A stretch of 64,000 nt of DNA from Ophelia neglecta (lineage: Eukaryota). This document shows, in pieces, positions 25,151 to 38,978 of the stretch (positions are counted from its first letter, which is position 1; each line of letters opens with the position of its first letter). The stretch is taken from NCBI GenBank assembly GCA_965285935.1, contig OZ260664.1:76322001-76386000 (forward strand), read 5' to 3'. The notes beneath the pieces are model-generated. The model was not told the DNA's origin. It ran no database searches and saw nothing but the letters and a program-made list of their open reading frames with translations. The position numbers were made by a program, and so were the translations under genes.

Positions 25151-28100
25151 TTATTCGATTGTTTGAGAATAGAGCTCCACAAATCTTTGGACAAAGGTAA
25201 GATAGTCTGTGACAAAACTATTCAGAATTATCAGTGACCGGATGTCGGTTTGTCTTTTGGTGTCTTCAGAGTAGTATATTACTGAACTTATTCGAGTGTG
25301 ACCTCTGGGGGTGAGAGAAGTCTGTCGCATCAGCCTCGCGTGAAGTTGATTGAATGCGCAAAGCATACGAGCCACGTAAATGTCATGCAATTGGCGGGCT
25401 TCTTCCTCAAATGTAACAGAGTGAGCCTGTTGTGTCGATAGGGAAGGTCTTGTTGCTCGGATTTGTTCATCGATCTTTAAGTAGTTGATGAACATGGAGT
25501 ACACCATCAATTCTTCCCTTAACACGGTCCATGTGAAATTATATGGCTATAAAAGTGTCGACATTGGCTATAACATACTTTTATTAGCCTGTGCTCTTAT
25601 TGAAATACATAACGGTATTAAATATTGATTAAATATTGAGCAATTAAAATTAAATTAAATTTAAAAGTGTTTACCTTGTAAACACATTAGACAGCAATTC
25701 TTTCAAAATCAAATAACTCGATACATGGCCTTAGCCTTATTTTATTGTTTCAAATATGTATCGTTGATGATTGGAGCTCGATTATAAAAGTAAACTTGCC
25801 ATTTCAAGAGCCTGTGACACCGATGTGCTGTTTGGGTTTAACTTATGAACGTACGGCCAATGGCTAGCCAATACCTCTTCCTTTGTCCTTTCATCCGCCT
25901 CGGTAAATCTCGTTTGCAACTGTAAAGATATTTAAAAATATGTTGATCTACTGAGCCTCATCACTTTGCTTAAAACCACATTGTTTACATTATTCTGCAT
26001 TTATTGTTTTTCTGATAAATTTGATTACAAAATGGATGCTATTTGTCACAAGCAAGTATACTATTGATTTGACAAGTATTATATGAAATGGTAAATACGT
26101 GTAATATCTTAAATAACCAAACTACAGAACGCAAAATATCCTGTCACATTGGCAAAGAAAGCTTTTGATACCTTCACAATTTCAGCATAATTATTTACCA
26201 CTAAATAGGTATCTCATGGCAGCCACAACTAATCATGTTATATTCAATGCCATGAGCAATGAGGCAGTCTTGATTTTCTTTCTAAAATAACTCAGCGATA
26301 CCCGCACCCCCCCCCCCCCCCCACACACACACACACACTCTTTCTCATTCCACAATCACTAAGAAGTCTAAACCTTGCCCGCAACAGATGACGTGGTCTT
26401 CAGAAAAAGACCAAGTGGGAAAGGGTTATCCAAGTGAGGCTTTTATTACTAACAGATTCGATCCAAATGAATATGTGCCTTAACATACATAAGCGTTAGA
26501 AAAAGATAGTATTGTCAATTTTATCTCAAACATGACACTTGTTAAAGAGCCCCCCAGTGTACTGTCTGTAAAAAACATTACACAACTTACGATCTTTTTA
26601 TCCGGAGTAAATGTAATTTTATAGGTAAATCCTAAGAGGTTTCCTTACATTGCCGAAAAGGACCTTTTAGTTTAAAATTTGGTCATTTTTTACTACAGAT
26701 ACTAAATAAATTCCATCTCATATTTCAAAAAACTAACATTAGAGTAATGTTTCCATACATTTCATCTGTATATCCTGTAATTTTCGTGTCAATAGCACCG
26801 ACTGTCTCGGGGCTAACTGTGCAACAATCACGTGGGGGTTTAACTCAAGACTATTATTAAGCTTTCATTTTACTAATACATGATCTATCTATATTGAAAA
26901 AAACGTGGCAAAGATAACGGCGCACTTGTCCATTTTGGGATGATTTTTAATGTGCAATTGATATTTCTTTAGCCATCCTCTAATGACGATGTGTGGTCAA
27001 TCCGGATGCTGTTACTAGATAATTGACCTCTCCTGCCCAAATTGGTAATAAATACGTCTAGGTACCCAAAATCGAGAGTTGAATCTTTAACATCTAGTGT
27101 TTAGGCATGAGGCAAATCTACCTATTTTAAATGGTAACCATTTACAACTGCACAAGCAGTGATTGCTTTCTCTAAACCCACTCCTACACAGCCTTGTAGT
27201 TTTTTTCCTGGGGAAATGTCATTTCTTTTATAAAAGCTGTTTAAATCGTTCGTAATATTGCGGATATCTGATTAGACTGAAAAAAAAGTCCACCGTATGA
27301 ATGACTCGAGCCATACATATATAGATTGTCTGAAGATAGACTGAAATGTATTTTCTGTTATATTGACATTTGAGAATCGATGTATAGATTTGTATTGGGG
27401 CTGTGGCTGCTGGGTCCTGATGCTTTCGGACAGATTTAATGGACTATATAAGTTGACTATCCACTCCGATCCATATCCTGTTTTAAACAAATAACACACT
27501 TATCAAAAAGAATAAGCAATTATAAAAAAGCAAAGTTTGAAGTATAAGCCAAAAATTGTTTTTGTGTCCAAATATATATTTGCTTTTGGGACGGGGGTGG
27601 GGTGGGGATTGATTGATATGTTTTTGCTTATTTAGCAAAATAAATCTGAATCTTCTATATATATCTTGCAACTTGTAGTGTTATTAGGATGTGTACATGG
27701 TTTTAACAAGTCTACTCGTTGCTTCTCGATCTTCCAATGTCAAACTTGTGGCCTTCTCTTAATATATGCATTTTCATAAACCATTTAAGGCTTTATTGAT
27801 ACTAACGCTTGGTAGATCAAATTCCTTTCTCTTTTGACTTATGTTAAATTTTTGTCTTTAAATCTGGATAAGTTCTGTGCATTTTATGAAGTGCCTGGTC
27901 ATTTCTGAATGGCATTCACTGACATCGTATATTCCCGATTTCGGAAGAAATTGAAACAGATGTGCTTTATTGTTCTCTTTTTGGCATTTTCGTGTTCTAG
28001 CATCTACATCTAGGGGGATACTACAAGACCTTTTAGGAACGTGACTGTCTCTAATCTCTTCCGGAAATTGCCGGTATTTGTTTCCAATTTCCTGCGCATC

Positions 28101-29950
28101 CGCAGTTTTCTCTATGAAACCCCGCAGCGACGTGCGCTGGCATTTTCGAACAAATTTACTGTTTCGTTCTAACTAATTGCTTATTTGTAGCGGTTCCCTT
28201 GTTCCATATTCATTTGGAATTTATGTGACTGTATGCTGTTTTGTTTATATTTAACATCTTGTATGTTGTTTCCATTTCTTTGTTTATATGCATTACTTTT
28301 GTCAGCGATTTTTTCACAGTTTTACTTTAACAATCTCTATTGTTATATTATCATTGCAATATAACATTTGGATATAAGTATCTAGTACATACCTATTGTT
28401 AGTTTTGTTTGCTGGATACACGGAATCTCTAATGTTTTGGCCTCCTGTAGGCGAAACCTGAACAGAATTTTGGCACTTGGTGTGTGAGTGTAATGTCCTG
28501 GTTGTTGGCATGAGAGGATAGATATCTGGGTTGTTACCAGTTTCTGTTTTTCTATAGGAATATGTCGTGCACATGGCTGCATGGCTTCTTGGTCTTACTG
28601 GCTTATATTTACCAGTGGCCCCATGGCCCTAGTTTCTGCATTGTAGTCTCACCGTCTGAATGGCTTGCTAGAGGATTTGTCCCTTTCTCCGATTTTAATC
28701 TTTGGTCCTGACCCCATATTTAATCCCTTGAATTATTAAATATTAAATATAACCACTATACAATAAATTGACGAAAACATTTTTTTTTCAAAAAGCTTGG
28801 AAGAATCAAGGACTAGCCAAAAGTACCCCAAATTAGCTGAATCACGCCTCATTAGGTATAACCTATTGAAAAAATGGCCTCATGACCCATTTTTATCTTT
28901 AATTGAACCTCATCTAATTGTTGATTGTCAATTATGAACGAAGTTGTACCGTTAATTATTTTGTTTTCAACTTTTATTAACATAGAAAGGTTAAAATGCC
29001 CATTTTGGGGTCATGACCTCGGAGAAACGCCCTTAAGGGGAAATGACTGGTTCAAATAAATTATTCGCAATAAAGGTCTTCCTGTGTTCCGTCTACCTGC
29101 ACAAGGTGAACACCCAGGGAATGTCTTCTGTCTATCTGTAGAAGGTCAACTAAGAATAAACTACTAGTCAAAATGATGCTGCCCCCAAGTCAAACTGAAC
29201 TCGGCAAGTCGTCTTACATTTACCTTCAAGTTGTATGTGAAACAGCTAATCCAATTGAAGTGGCAAATAAATGCAATCTTATCCCCCTATACAGTGGGCC
29301 TATTACTTACACTGCTTCCATCGGCCGGGCCTAAGGATTGTTGTCACCAGTTCTTAGTCAGGGAAGAGCAATGAAGCTACTGTACTTATTATTTTCACTG
29401 GTATGGGGAAGAGGTGGAAAAAAACTTACTAATACATCTCGAAGACTAATTGCTCTGGCCACAACTTCCCTCGTATACAACTGGACATTGGCGAGAAGAC
29501 GAAGTACACCGTGCGATCGACCACGAGCGGTACCGGAAGTGATGGCACAAGGAAACACTGGTGGAGTGTAGTCCGTAATTACCTGGCGCATTGTCGGAAA
29601 CCCATTTGAAAACAACACTGGAATTGTCAGCAAAACTCCTGGAAAATAAATGTGTGGTGCATTGAATAGCATGCTGAAATATGGAAAACATTGAATGTTT
29701 ATCTATATTCATTAATCAATTATCAATTACGTAATGATTAAGGCATCACCAAGGTACCCAAGGATTTTAGCAGATATTGGATATTAAACAAGGACTTATG
29801 CTAAAAGTTTTCTACGCCTATAAAATTTAAGAGTTTTCGTTTTTATTAATAGCTTAAATTATATAAATCCACTTAGACTATTAGTCCGTAACACATACTG
29901 ACTGAAGTTGAAAGAAAATACTTACCATAGAGCGTTAAAGAATAAACCAT
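25151..29950 (-). CDS. Secreted 249-aa putative long-chain four-helix cytokine (IL-6/LIF/OSM/Upd-like)
   Basis: Exons 29950-29926 (MVYSLTLY G|, phase 1), 29638-29430 (phase 0), 25919-25800 (GC donor atg|gcaagt, phase 0), 25546-25151; 750 nt in frame. Signal peptide MVYSLTLYGVLLTIPVLFSNG-. Four amphipathic segments: RLLANVQLYTREVVARAISLRDVLL, VLREELMVYSMFINYLKIDE, FEEEARQLHDIYVARMLCAFNQL, DIRSLIILNSFVTDYLTFVQRF. Only two Cys (39, 181). The gene model is well supported; the family call is inference. Confidence 0.7.
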
Positions 29951-29998
29951 GGCGGGATGTTGAAAGTTGTGCCATTACTTCAGCAGTACTGTATTCCC

Positions 29999-30192
29999 TT
30001 ATATACCCTTAACTTGTATATTGAAAACTGATCTCTGTCATCTCATGGTACTAATTTAGTTGAAATTATAGTAATAATGTACTCATGGATACGAAATTCA
30101 TAGGCTCAGTCGCCTAGAAAATGAGCATGTCTCCTTTTTATTCTTGTCTCCATTGGGAATATTTCTCAGAAATAGTAGGTGGACGGCATTCC
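29999..30192 (-). promoter_or_regulatory. Putative cytokine promoter: TATA box plus STAT (GAS) and kB-like sites
   Basis: TATATAA at 30005-29999 (minus), about 50 nt upstream of the ATG in a good Kozak context (cccgccATGg). TTCTCAGAA (TTCN3GAA) at 30163-30171 overlaps GGGAATATTTC at 30155-30165. CATTCC at 30187-30192. Confidence 0.55.
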
Positions 30193-33100
30193 TTATATTT
30201 TACTATAAAACAAGGTATCTCAATTGGTGTCTAAGTCTCCCCAGCAATAGTAAGGCTAGTAAGTTTACATGAAGCGTGCATTTATCTCTTCTTTTCGTGT
30301 TCATGCATATTGGTGCCAACAGCATCACAATCACAGAGTTTAGACTTATGGCAGGTTTTGTAGGCATCATCCTTTTACCATATAGGCAGCCCATCTGCCC
30401 ATATCAACATCTAATTTGACGACCAATTTCGAATCTAGTAGGCCAAGATCGCACTTGTTTACGTACACAACGAAAAAATAGTTATATGTGTTGTAATTTA
30501 AAAAAAACACAATCAGATGTGTGGCACTGGCTTTATTATTTTGCTAGTGGGCATATCCGACACAACATATTGGGAATGGAGGTGGTAGGATTTGGAATTG
30601 GATGGTCCTTTAGAATAAATCAAGGTGCAAGGAACTCCTCATATTTATAATATACGTCTTAATTACTATAGCGATATTGGACTAGATGTTACATGGAAGC
30701 TGCAATTTGAAAATTGCTTCTTGGTAGGCAGTAGGAGCCTATGTTGTCGAGATATGAAACAAAACGCGGAGACACTTTCAGGCAACCGGTTCAGACGAAG
30801 CGCACGTACGTCATATCTGACCGCATTTTAGCGGTGATCACCATGCACTATCCCTTCCCGTTTTTGCTCCAATTACTAGATAATAAACACCTGGCTCTAA
30901 AATGGCCCTCAGGGTGAACACGTCAGTGGCGCTAACTTTGGACGAATAGCCGCAAATAAAGTTCATCGCTTCGACTAAAACACCAGACAGAATTCTATGA
31001 ATCACACGCATGTATAAATTATTATCAAAGCTGAAAACTGTGTGAAAGGCTTTGCTGCGCAGTTGGATACCCGACCAGGACATATGCCTTATTCTACTCG
31101 TAGGCCTAGTTAGAAAACAAGTGTGTTCGGTTTTAACAATAGAAAAACGGTTTAAAGTTTAGCTCGCATAGCATTAAATCGCTGATAATGTGTACATGTT
31201 TAGATTTAGATTTTTACATCATGCTCTTGTGATCGCTTGTGGTGTATGATTCATTTGATTTTTTGTGGCTACTCAAAGGGCTTAACATGACCCGTTGACC
31301 AGCTTCTTTGTCAGACTGCACATTTACATGATGCATATATATTATTTACAAACAATTATTAGTGGGACATTAAAAGTGATCATCCAAATTAAGACAATAA
31401 ATTAACGCACTTAAAATGGACATACACATTTATTTCTTAAAATATAATTTTTCTTTTTCTGTGTAATTCGTCACTTCCGGTACTCGTCAGGCTCGGTGGC
31501 CAATTTATTCTATGTAGGGGTGGGGTGATGACATTACCTGATATCTCACACCAGAGAAAACTTGAGAGAAAACATGACACTATAGTTTATTATCTTATGC
31601 ATTATTCACGTACCTAAGGCACGTGATTCATAGAAAAGTGTTATCTGACCAATAACGTAGCAACTTAAGTGACATCCTTTAAATGTACATATTAAGACAC
31701 TTAAAAAAATAGAAATTAAAAGTAATCACGCCTTTGCGGAATATTAGTAGACAAGACATCTATAGAAGTACCATATTGAAGGCTTGAAGGCCTGGCTGCC
31801 CACAATTAAAATTCCAGTTATATTCTAAATACAAAGAATATCAGAAGTGCATGCGAATGGAAGAAAAAGTGGATGAACTACTGTCTAATTATTAGACGGG
31901 TACTATAATTAAAACTCTGAGCATAAGTATATATTTAAACAGCATTCTATTACCATATTTTTTGAGTTGTAGATCTAGTACAGGAACGGAAACATCAGCG
32001 AATTATTGGTTCAAATTGTGAAACCTATTTTTTAACTTGTTTATTATCTATCGTGGTTTTAGAAACAGTTATACATGGACCTGGCAACCCAGACGGACTC
32101 TTTATATAAAGATTTTTTCCATGGCAATCATCCAGATTTCTTAGCTATTCAAAATCCACATCTTTCTGCATACATAATTAATCATGGAAACACATTATTC
32201 TAGTATTTATTCATAATTATGTTATCAGGCGTGACATGTTCAATGATGATACAATCAGAGTGATTCAAGTTACATAGTGATATCTTAGGCTTTTGACAAT
32301 GAGTCCAAACATAGAGGCTGATCAGATACTTTTACTTGGAATTGTACCCATACCATGCTGGATAATTGATAACCATTAACCGAACAAGTAGTGCGATATT
32401 CTATTGCACTGAGCTAGGTGAGTAATTTGGATATTTACCATTCGGATCTACATCAATCAGAGATAAATCAATGGTTAACCATAAATTCATATCTATTGAA
32501 GGAACACCCAGTGTGTATACCAAGCGTGAGGCGCTCATTCACATACTAGTATGCCAATTCATCCGCCTCAATTACCCTGTTTATTGGGCTGGCCCATTGG
32601 TGTCCTTTGGTAACATCAGTTGAGACAAACCTATTTACATAGGCTACAGGTTAAATATCAACTGTATTTAAAATAAATTAAAGTATTATAACGACGAATG
32701 AACGCCTTCTAAGTTAACTTGTTAAGCAACGTCTTTCCGCTGCGAAGGTAAGATCTCTAACAAGACGTTTTATCATTAGACTTTACTATGTAAAATATCT
32801 TATATGCGGATTTATAGTTTAAAAGAATGAACTTATGTTTCGTATTAACAAACCGCATGTAACCAGGTAGTTTAATCAATTGCTGGTCATACGTTATTCA
32901 CTGATTAATCGTCCGTATGCCCATTTATTTTCATGAACACGACAGCTTATGGATTACTTCTGTCACGTGAATTGTCAAATGTCATTTTATTCGCCTTACT
33001 GAGAAAACAGGAGTGTTTACTAGGCAGACGATGCAAAATCATTTTAACAGTACAATGCAACTAGTTCTCGCTTTTCAATGAAAGAAAAGGAGAAGGGGAA

Positions 33101-36100
33101 TATTTTAACGCATTAACAAAGTGGGCCTTCGTTAATGCAATTCGATCATGATTTAAGGTAGGATTTTTTCTTAATTTAATAACAAAACACCGTCAATTGA
33201 GGGTTGTGATGCTATAAGGCTGAGCTCGACTTCAGTAGGACTTCGACGGATTTTTCTAACGGTAACGGCTTATAAAACGTATCTACCGAGGTTAAAAGCT
33301 TGGCAGCAACACTTTTCTGAATCTGGAAGCATGCAGAATTATGGTAAAATGGACTAAAATGGGTCCCTTGCTTTAAACCCGAAAGTCACATCTATGGGAC
33401 TCGTAGACTAAGTATTAAATTCGGTTCATGCTTCCCGACAGTGTTCACTTAACCTGCTTAAATGGGAAGATCTTAATATAGTCTTGGACTGTGCAATTAC
33501 TGCCAATAATCATAGATCTAAAGTGATATAAATGGCACAACATGTGGTATACAGATTACCTGCGTCACTGGGAAAGGTAAAACTGGCTACATAAAAGGTT
33601 AATTCTATATATACATGTATTCTCGCCGGTTGGCAAAGCATATATATATTAGAGTTTTAGAACAGAGATGTGGGGAAGCGGGTAATGTTGTAGGCCTGTG
33701 CCCACTCGCATAAAAGGCCGTCGCATACAATAGCACTCTTGATTCTAGGGTTGAATTTTAAGGCACTGGTATTGAGGTTGCATGCATTTCAATAGGGGGC
33801 TCAATTAACCAGTTGCACTGCACAGTAACTAGAAAAATTTGAGATTCTGATTAATAAGTTTATTGCTAATATAAATATATAAATATATTTATATATATAA
33901 ATATATAAATATTATGCACCTGGTGAATTAAAAATTAAGTCATAAATCAACTTTGAGTAATTTTTAGAAATCTATTACACTAGCTTCCATTAAGAGCCTG
34001 GGCCTCTTGTTATTGCATTCAGAGAGACAGACAGGAGTAATACTAGTGCTTTATGTTTTACAAGGCCACTGCCCAAGGCTAGGTTGTGAACAACAAGTAA
34101 GTTACTCATTTACGGACTACAGACAGGTCATTGCATGTTCATCTAAATTTTCTAGCATAAATAAACAAGAATTATGTGGGATTATGAAAATTTGGCTTAT
34201 TTTCTAATTTATCTAATAAGAATTTTTGCAAAATCATTTCTAACTGCGTGCCTACTTACTTGCATGCATTCAAGATCTTGCATACATTGTACATGTAAGA
34301 TGTTCCATATATGCAAGAAAAATGCACATACACATTATAGCTTGCATTGAGGTTATTTACAAGAAAAATGTTCCCAAATAGATCTAGTGACTCTAAATCC
34401 ATCTTATCTTATTCAAGGCATACATCTACCACACGGTTTCTCTTTCAGAGATATTAGACAAAATATTCATGACCCACTTGCAGAGCGAGAACGTGAAAAT
34501 AAAATACCAAACTTACGGAAATAGATCTATATAAGACCAAGAATATTGGATCATAAGTAATAATAATAGTAGATGGACCATCAGGGTAAATTGTGGCTTA
34601 CTCCTAGCACATATGGGACACCCATTTTCCAAAAGTAAAAACAGAGATTATTTTGGAATTATAAATGAATTTATTTCCTATGTTTACATGTGCAATGCAT
34701 AAAAAGTTTTAACAGGTACATTTCAATGTATATCACTCTAGTGCAAAGCAAAACCTTTCTCTTTTCAATGTTTTCAAACAACCTAGTTGCCCTAAGGTCT
34801 TAAGCTCTGCAAAATAAAAGCTAATATGCTAACACTCTACAAGTCAAATAAATGCATAAACACTTTAGCTATATTTGCAGAAAACTTAAACTTATTAAGC
34901 ATATAAATAGTTTTGTTGCCTGGTTTTGGATGATGAAGCTCTGTACAAGGACCCAGTTTAAAAAAAAAACATACAGAAAAAAATTGAGATGGAAATTGGG
35001 TTTTTAATATTAAAGGTATGAAATGTGCACTTGTAGTTTGTATAATTATAGTTTGGCTGATCATGAACCAAATCTAAAATCAATAGACTTTTGGAGTTTT
35101 TACTACTGATTAACATAATTTTGAACTGTGCTGAGTGAGTATGACAAGCTGGGTCTAACTACTTTAATGGCAGCAATACAGGCCACACACAAATAATCTA
35201 CGTTAAAAAGGAACAAGGCCTACATCTGCTATTCTACTAGAGGAGAGCCTAGTCTATGATAGGCAAACTCAGTTTAGTTTGTAGTTATATGCCATGCCAA
35301 ACAGAGACTTGTTTCAGATACCTACAGACACTTGAGCCTTAATCTGACATTGTAATAACCATACATATGTATGCATAGATCTACATAAAAGACTAAATTT
35401 CATAATAAATCATACATAAATCTGTCAACTCCTCAATTAATCACATTAACATAACATACTCCAATTCAAACATCTCATCATCATCTCAAGAAAATAATTA
35501 TTGCTGTATATGTATTTCTGATAGTAACATAAATATTCATTTACTATATTTAATGCTAGAGAAATGTTAAGATTTGAGCTTCATGGTACTTCCCTGCCTA
35601 TTGTATCCTATAGAAAACCATTTTTGAAATATTCATCATATATAAAAATACCATAGCTAATAGGAGATCTTATAGGAACAAAGTATAGTGGGACACAAAA
35701 CATAAAAGATATACCGGTAACTATTATATTGTGACCAATTTACATAAATGTACTTGTAAATAATGTATGTACATGTTTTAACATACAGTTGCAATAAAAA
35801 CTACTTCTTGGTTTGTATCTATAATACATTGTTATTTTAATGTTTATATCTCTTTATCCCAAACTATGAAAATGATATGTAACACCTCTCTAACTATTCA
35901 AATGCTTTCATGCGCAGTACTTATTTATCTAGGTAAACTTTGTCACCCTTCCCTTTCCAAGATTAAGCATCACTTTCTTATTTTGCTGAGGTACACACAA
36001 TATTTAATACTGTATTATTATGTCATATACATATAGGTGGTTTCAATTTTTACCACAGGCATAAACATCTTACTTTTTTCTTGCATAGAAATATCCTGCT

Positions 36101-38978
36101 TACAGTGTTCTTTCTATAGCTAGTGACATATGATCAGCCATTCATAGTGAAGTTTCTCCCTGTGAGCAGGCTAACATAGAAAGAATGATGAAGAAAGATT
36201 CATCCCTAATCTTACACATGGTTTACCTGGCAGGGCTATGGGTCATCTTAAATCTTGCTATGAAATCAAAGTACAAGTATTTTACCAGTTATGTGATTAA
36301 CCTACTATTCAACCACACTTAAAACACCGAAACAAACAGTTAAAAGGATGGCCCTATGACCTGGGTGACCCAAGCCACTGGAAATCACTGTGTGGCATCA
36401 CACACAAGTATGCAACAGAAATTACTCATAAAAAATTTTAAAGCATTAATTTTGGACATTTTATGGTTTCATATTTCTTGCAAAAGAGACAAGGAAAACC
36501 AAAAACTATACCTTATGGTTTTTAATGCGATTTTCATACACATTCAATAATCGTATGATTTGCCTTACCATATTTACAGGAAATGCATTACTGAAACTAA
36601 CAATTTTATCCACTGCACTTTCAGCTCAATTTTTAGTAGAATTTAAAAGATGCTTGTTGTTAACAGGCAAATTTGGCCCTAGAAATAGCAGATGTGGCCT
36701 GTTTGTATGTCAAGACTTTTCCAGCCCACCCACCACCTTTTTCAGTAGATAATGCCCTGGTAGGCTGGTACCCTGCCAGCCAACCACATACAACTCAGGG
36801 TTGTAAAGACTTTGAAAGGCCAAAGAATGAATCATACATTTGACTTGGAAATATAAAACCGATGGAAATATTCAAACCAAAGAAACACTTGGCATTTACA
36901 TGTATCTCAGGAAGGTAAATTGAGGATAATTGTATTATGACGTACCGTCCTTATAACAGTATTTAGGTCCTCCCAGATATTGGACGCAAGGTGATGATAC
37001 AAATCATTGAATAATGAACAGATGTTTGCCGGTAGCACCAAATTAATATCCACCAAACATAAGCCATGGCAGTTGCCATCAGCCACGTGCAGCCATTTCT
37101 TAAACTTCTCTGATGCATCTTAAAGGAATGTGTTGCTCTCAAAACTTACTTAAATATACCCATGTGAACATAAGAGGTGGGTTCAGTATTTTGAAAGGTC
37201 AGACAATGTTACCTTTTTGGGCTAGTTATAAGATCTGTTTGCAGAAACCATTTAATATATGCAGGTACCAGTAAATATTAGTTTTACAGTTCAGGTATAT
37301 ACATTTATAATACACTGTATAATTATGACCATTTTGCTCAATTTACAAATCTTACAGTGTAATAAGATAAACACACACAAAAATGATTCAAAATAATTAG
37401 TTACTTATAATACACACTAAATTTAATTAATGTATTCGATAAAAACACAAGAAAAATAACTAAAAGCTTTCCTTGTGGAACAAGTCTTGTAACTGAATAA
37501 TGAACGGCTGTAAAAATAACTCGCAAAACATATACAAATAAAGCATTTATCTATCACATACTTCTGTAAAGTTGTAATCAATTGCAAAATATAAGTTGAG
37601 TTTACTTTCATGGTAAGTACTTTATACTTAACCATGGCGGTAAGTATTGCACCTAACTTCGAAGTCTTTGTATCAGATCAAACATACTCCCAAATACATT
37701 AATTCCAGAAAATACCCAAGTCCTGGTCCTAATGTTCAAAGAACAACACTGATACCAGCATGAAAAAAGTCATACTAAAATAATCCCCATGTTCAAACTA
37801 TTTTTATTCAAAGCATACTGATGTACATTTTTGAAATATGAAAAAAAGTTTTTTCCCCAGGTTTTTAGCAGGATTTTTAATAGCTTGGCCTAGTTTGACT
37901 TTTCATATGTTTTGATGGTTGATTCTAAATGCATGTTATTAATGTCTTGTCCTAAACTGTGAATGATTTTTACTTAATATTTGGTCAGGCTGGTCAAGTT
38001 CCTATCAGAAAATGGACACTACAATTATTAAAAGCAATCACAGTATCCAGTACACACGTGAAATCTGCTGATTACAAATTGTAACTACAGTATATAATCG
38101 GTATAAATTCAAAATTTTTAAATACAAAATTCATAAATGCACATAACATTTGATTTCACTGCATAGGAATATTTCATATATATGTAAAAATCAGATTAAT
38201 TTCATTTTCTACCACTTGAAAAAAGCAGACGGCTCTAAGATGTAAGGAAGGTAACAGCTTGAACTTAAAACAAGACTTAATCACAAGCCATAACATGAGT
38301 AAATCACAAGTTAACTTTTTTAATAAAGAATGACCATTCCCATGAGCGTAAGCACATATCTACCTGTAGACATTACCTTCACTTTTTGTATTGGGAATTA
38401 CTGAGATGTCACCCATGTTCACTACTTCCTTAATGAATTTCCACCGTGTTTATTGAACTAGCAGCACAATACATGTACCTGCTTGGAACAAGTAATGCAC
38501 ATTATATGTGTAAACATACTATCATAATGTGTACTACTCTCCTGGAAATAGAATCATAAATACCATATATGATTAATTATGATTCTAGATCCTGTCAGTT
38601 CATTAACCAAGTAGTTTATGCAAACCACATTCCTGTCTTCTGGTAAAAAGGCAAGTGGTATGGCAGAGTTAAATCAAACCGACCTGAGGTCAGGGTACTT
38701 ATTGCCGTAGCATGCATGGTAACATTTGTAGTACGCTTTACAAATGACATATTAACCATATTGTCTGCCAAATTCAGCTGCAATCCTTCACAGAAATTCA
38801 AAGAAATGAAAATGTCATTCAATTGGCCATTATTCACTGCAGCGACACTGTTTAGACAAAAGTCAAAAACCATCAATGTGTGTCTGAATAAATAAATGAC
38901 CAAGTGATACATTTTTGTCATTTTCTATGAATACCTTTAATTATGCCCATGGCTGATAGAGAATTTGTCACTTTCTGA

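Noticed and set aside
27690-28720. Coding-like purine-rich stretches in the cytokine's long intron
   Set aside because: Multiple stops, no recognisable domain, and no TIR or TSD found; possibly an old transposon remnant.
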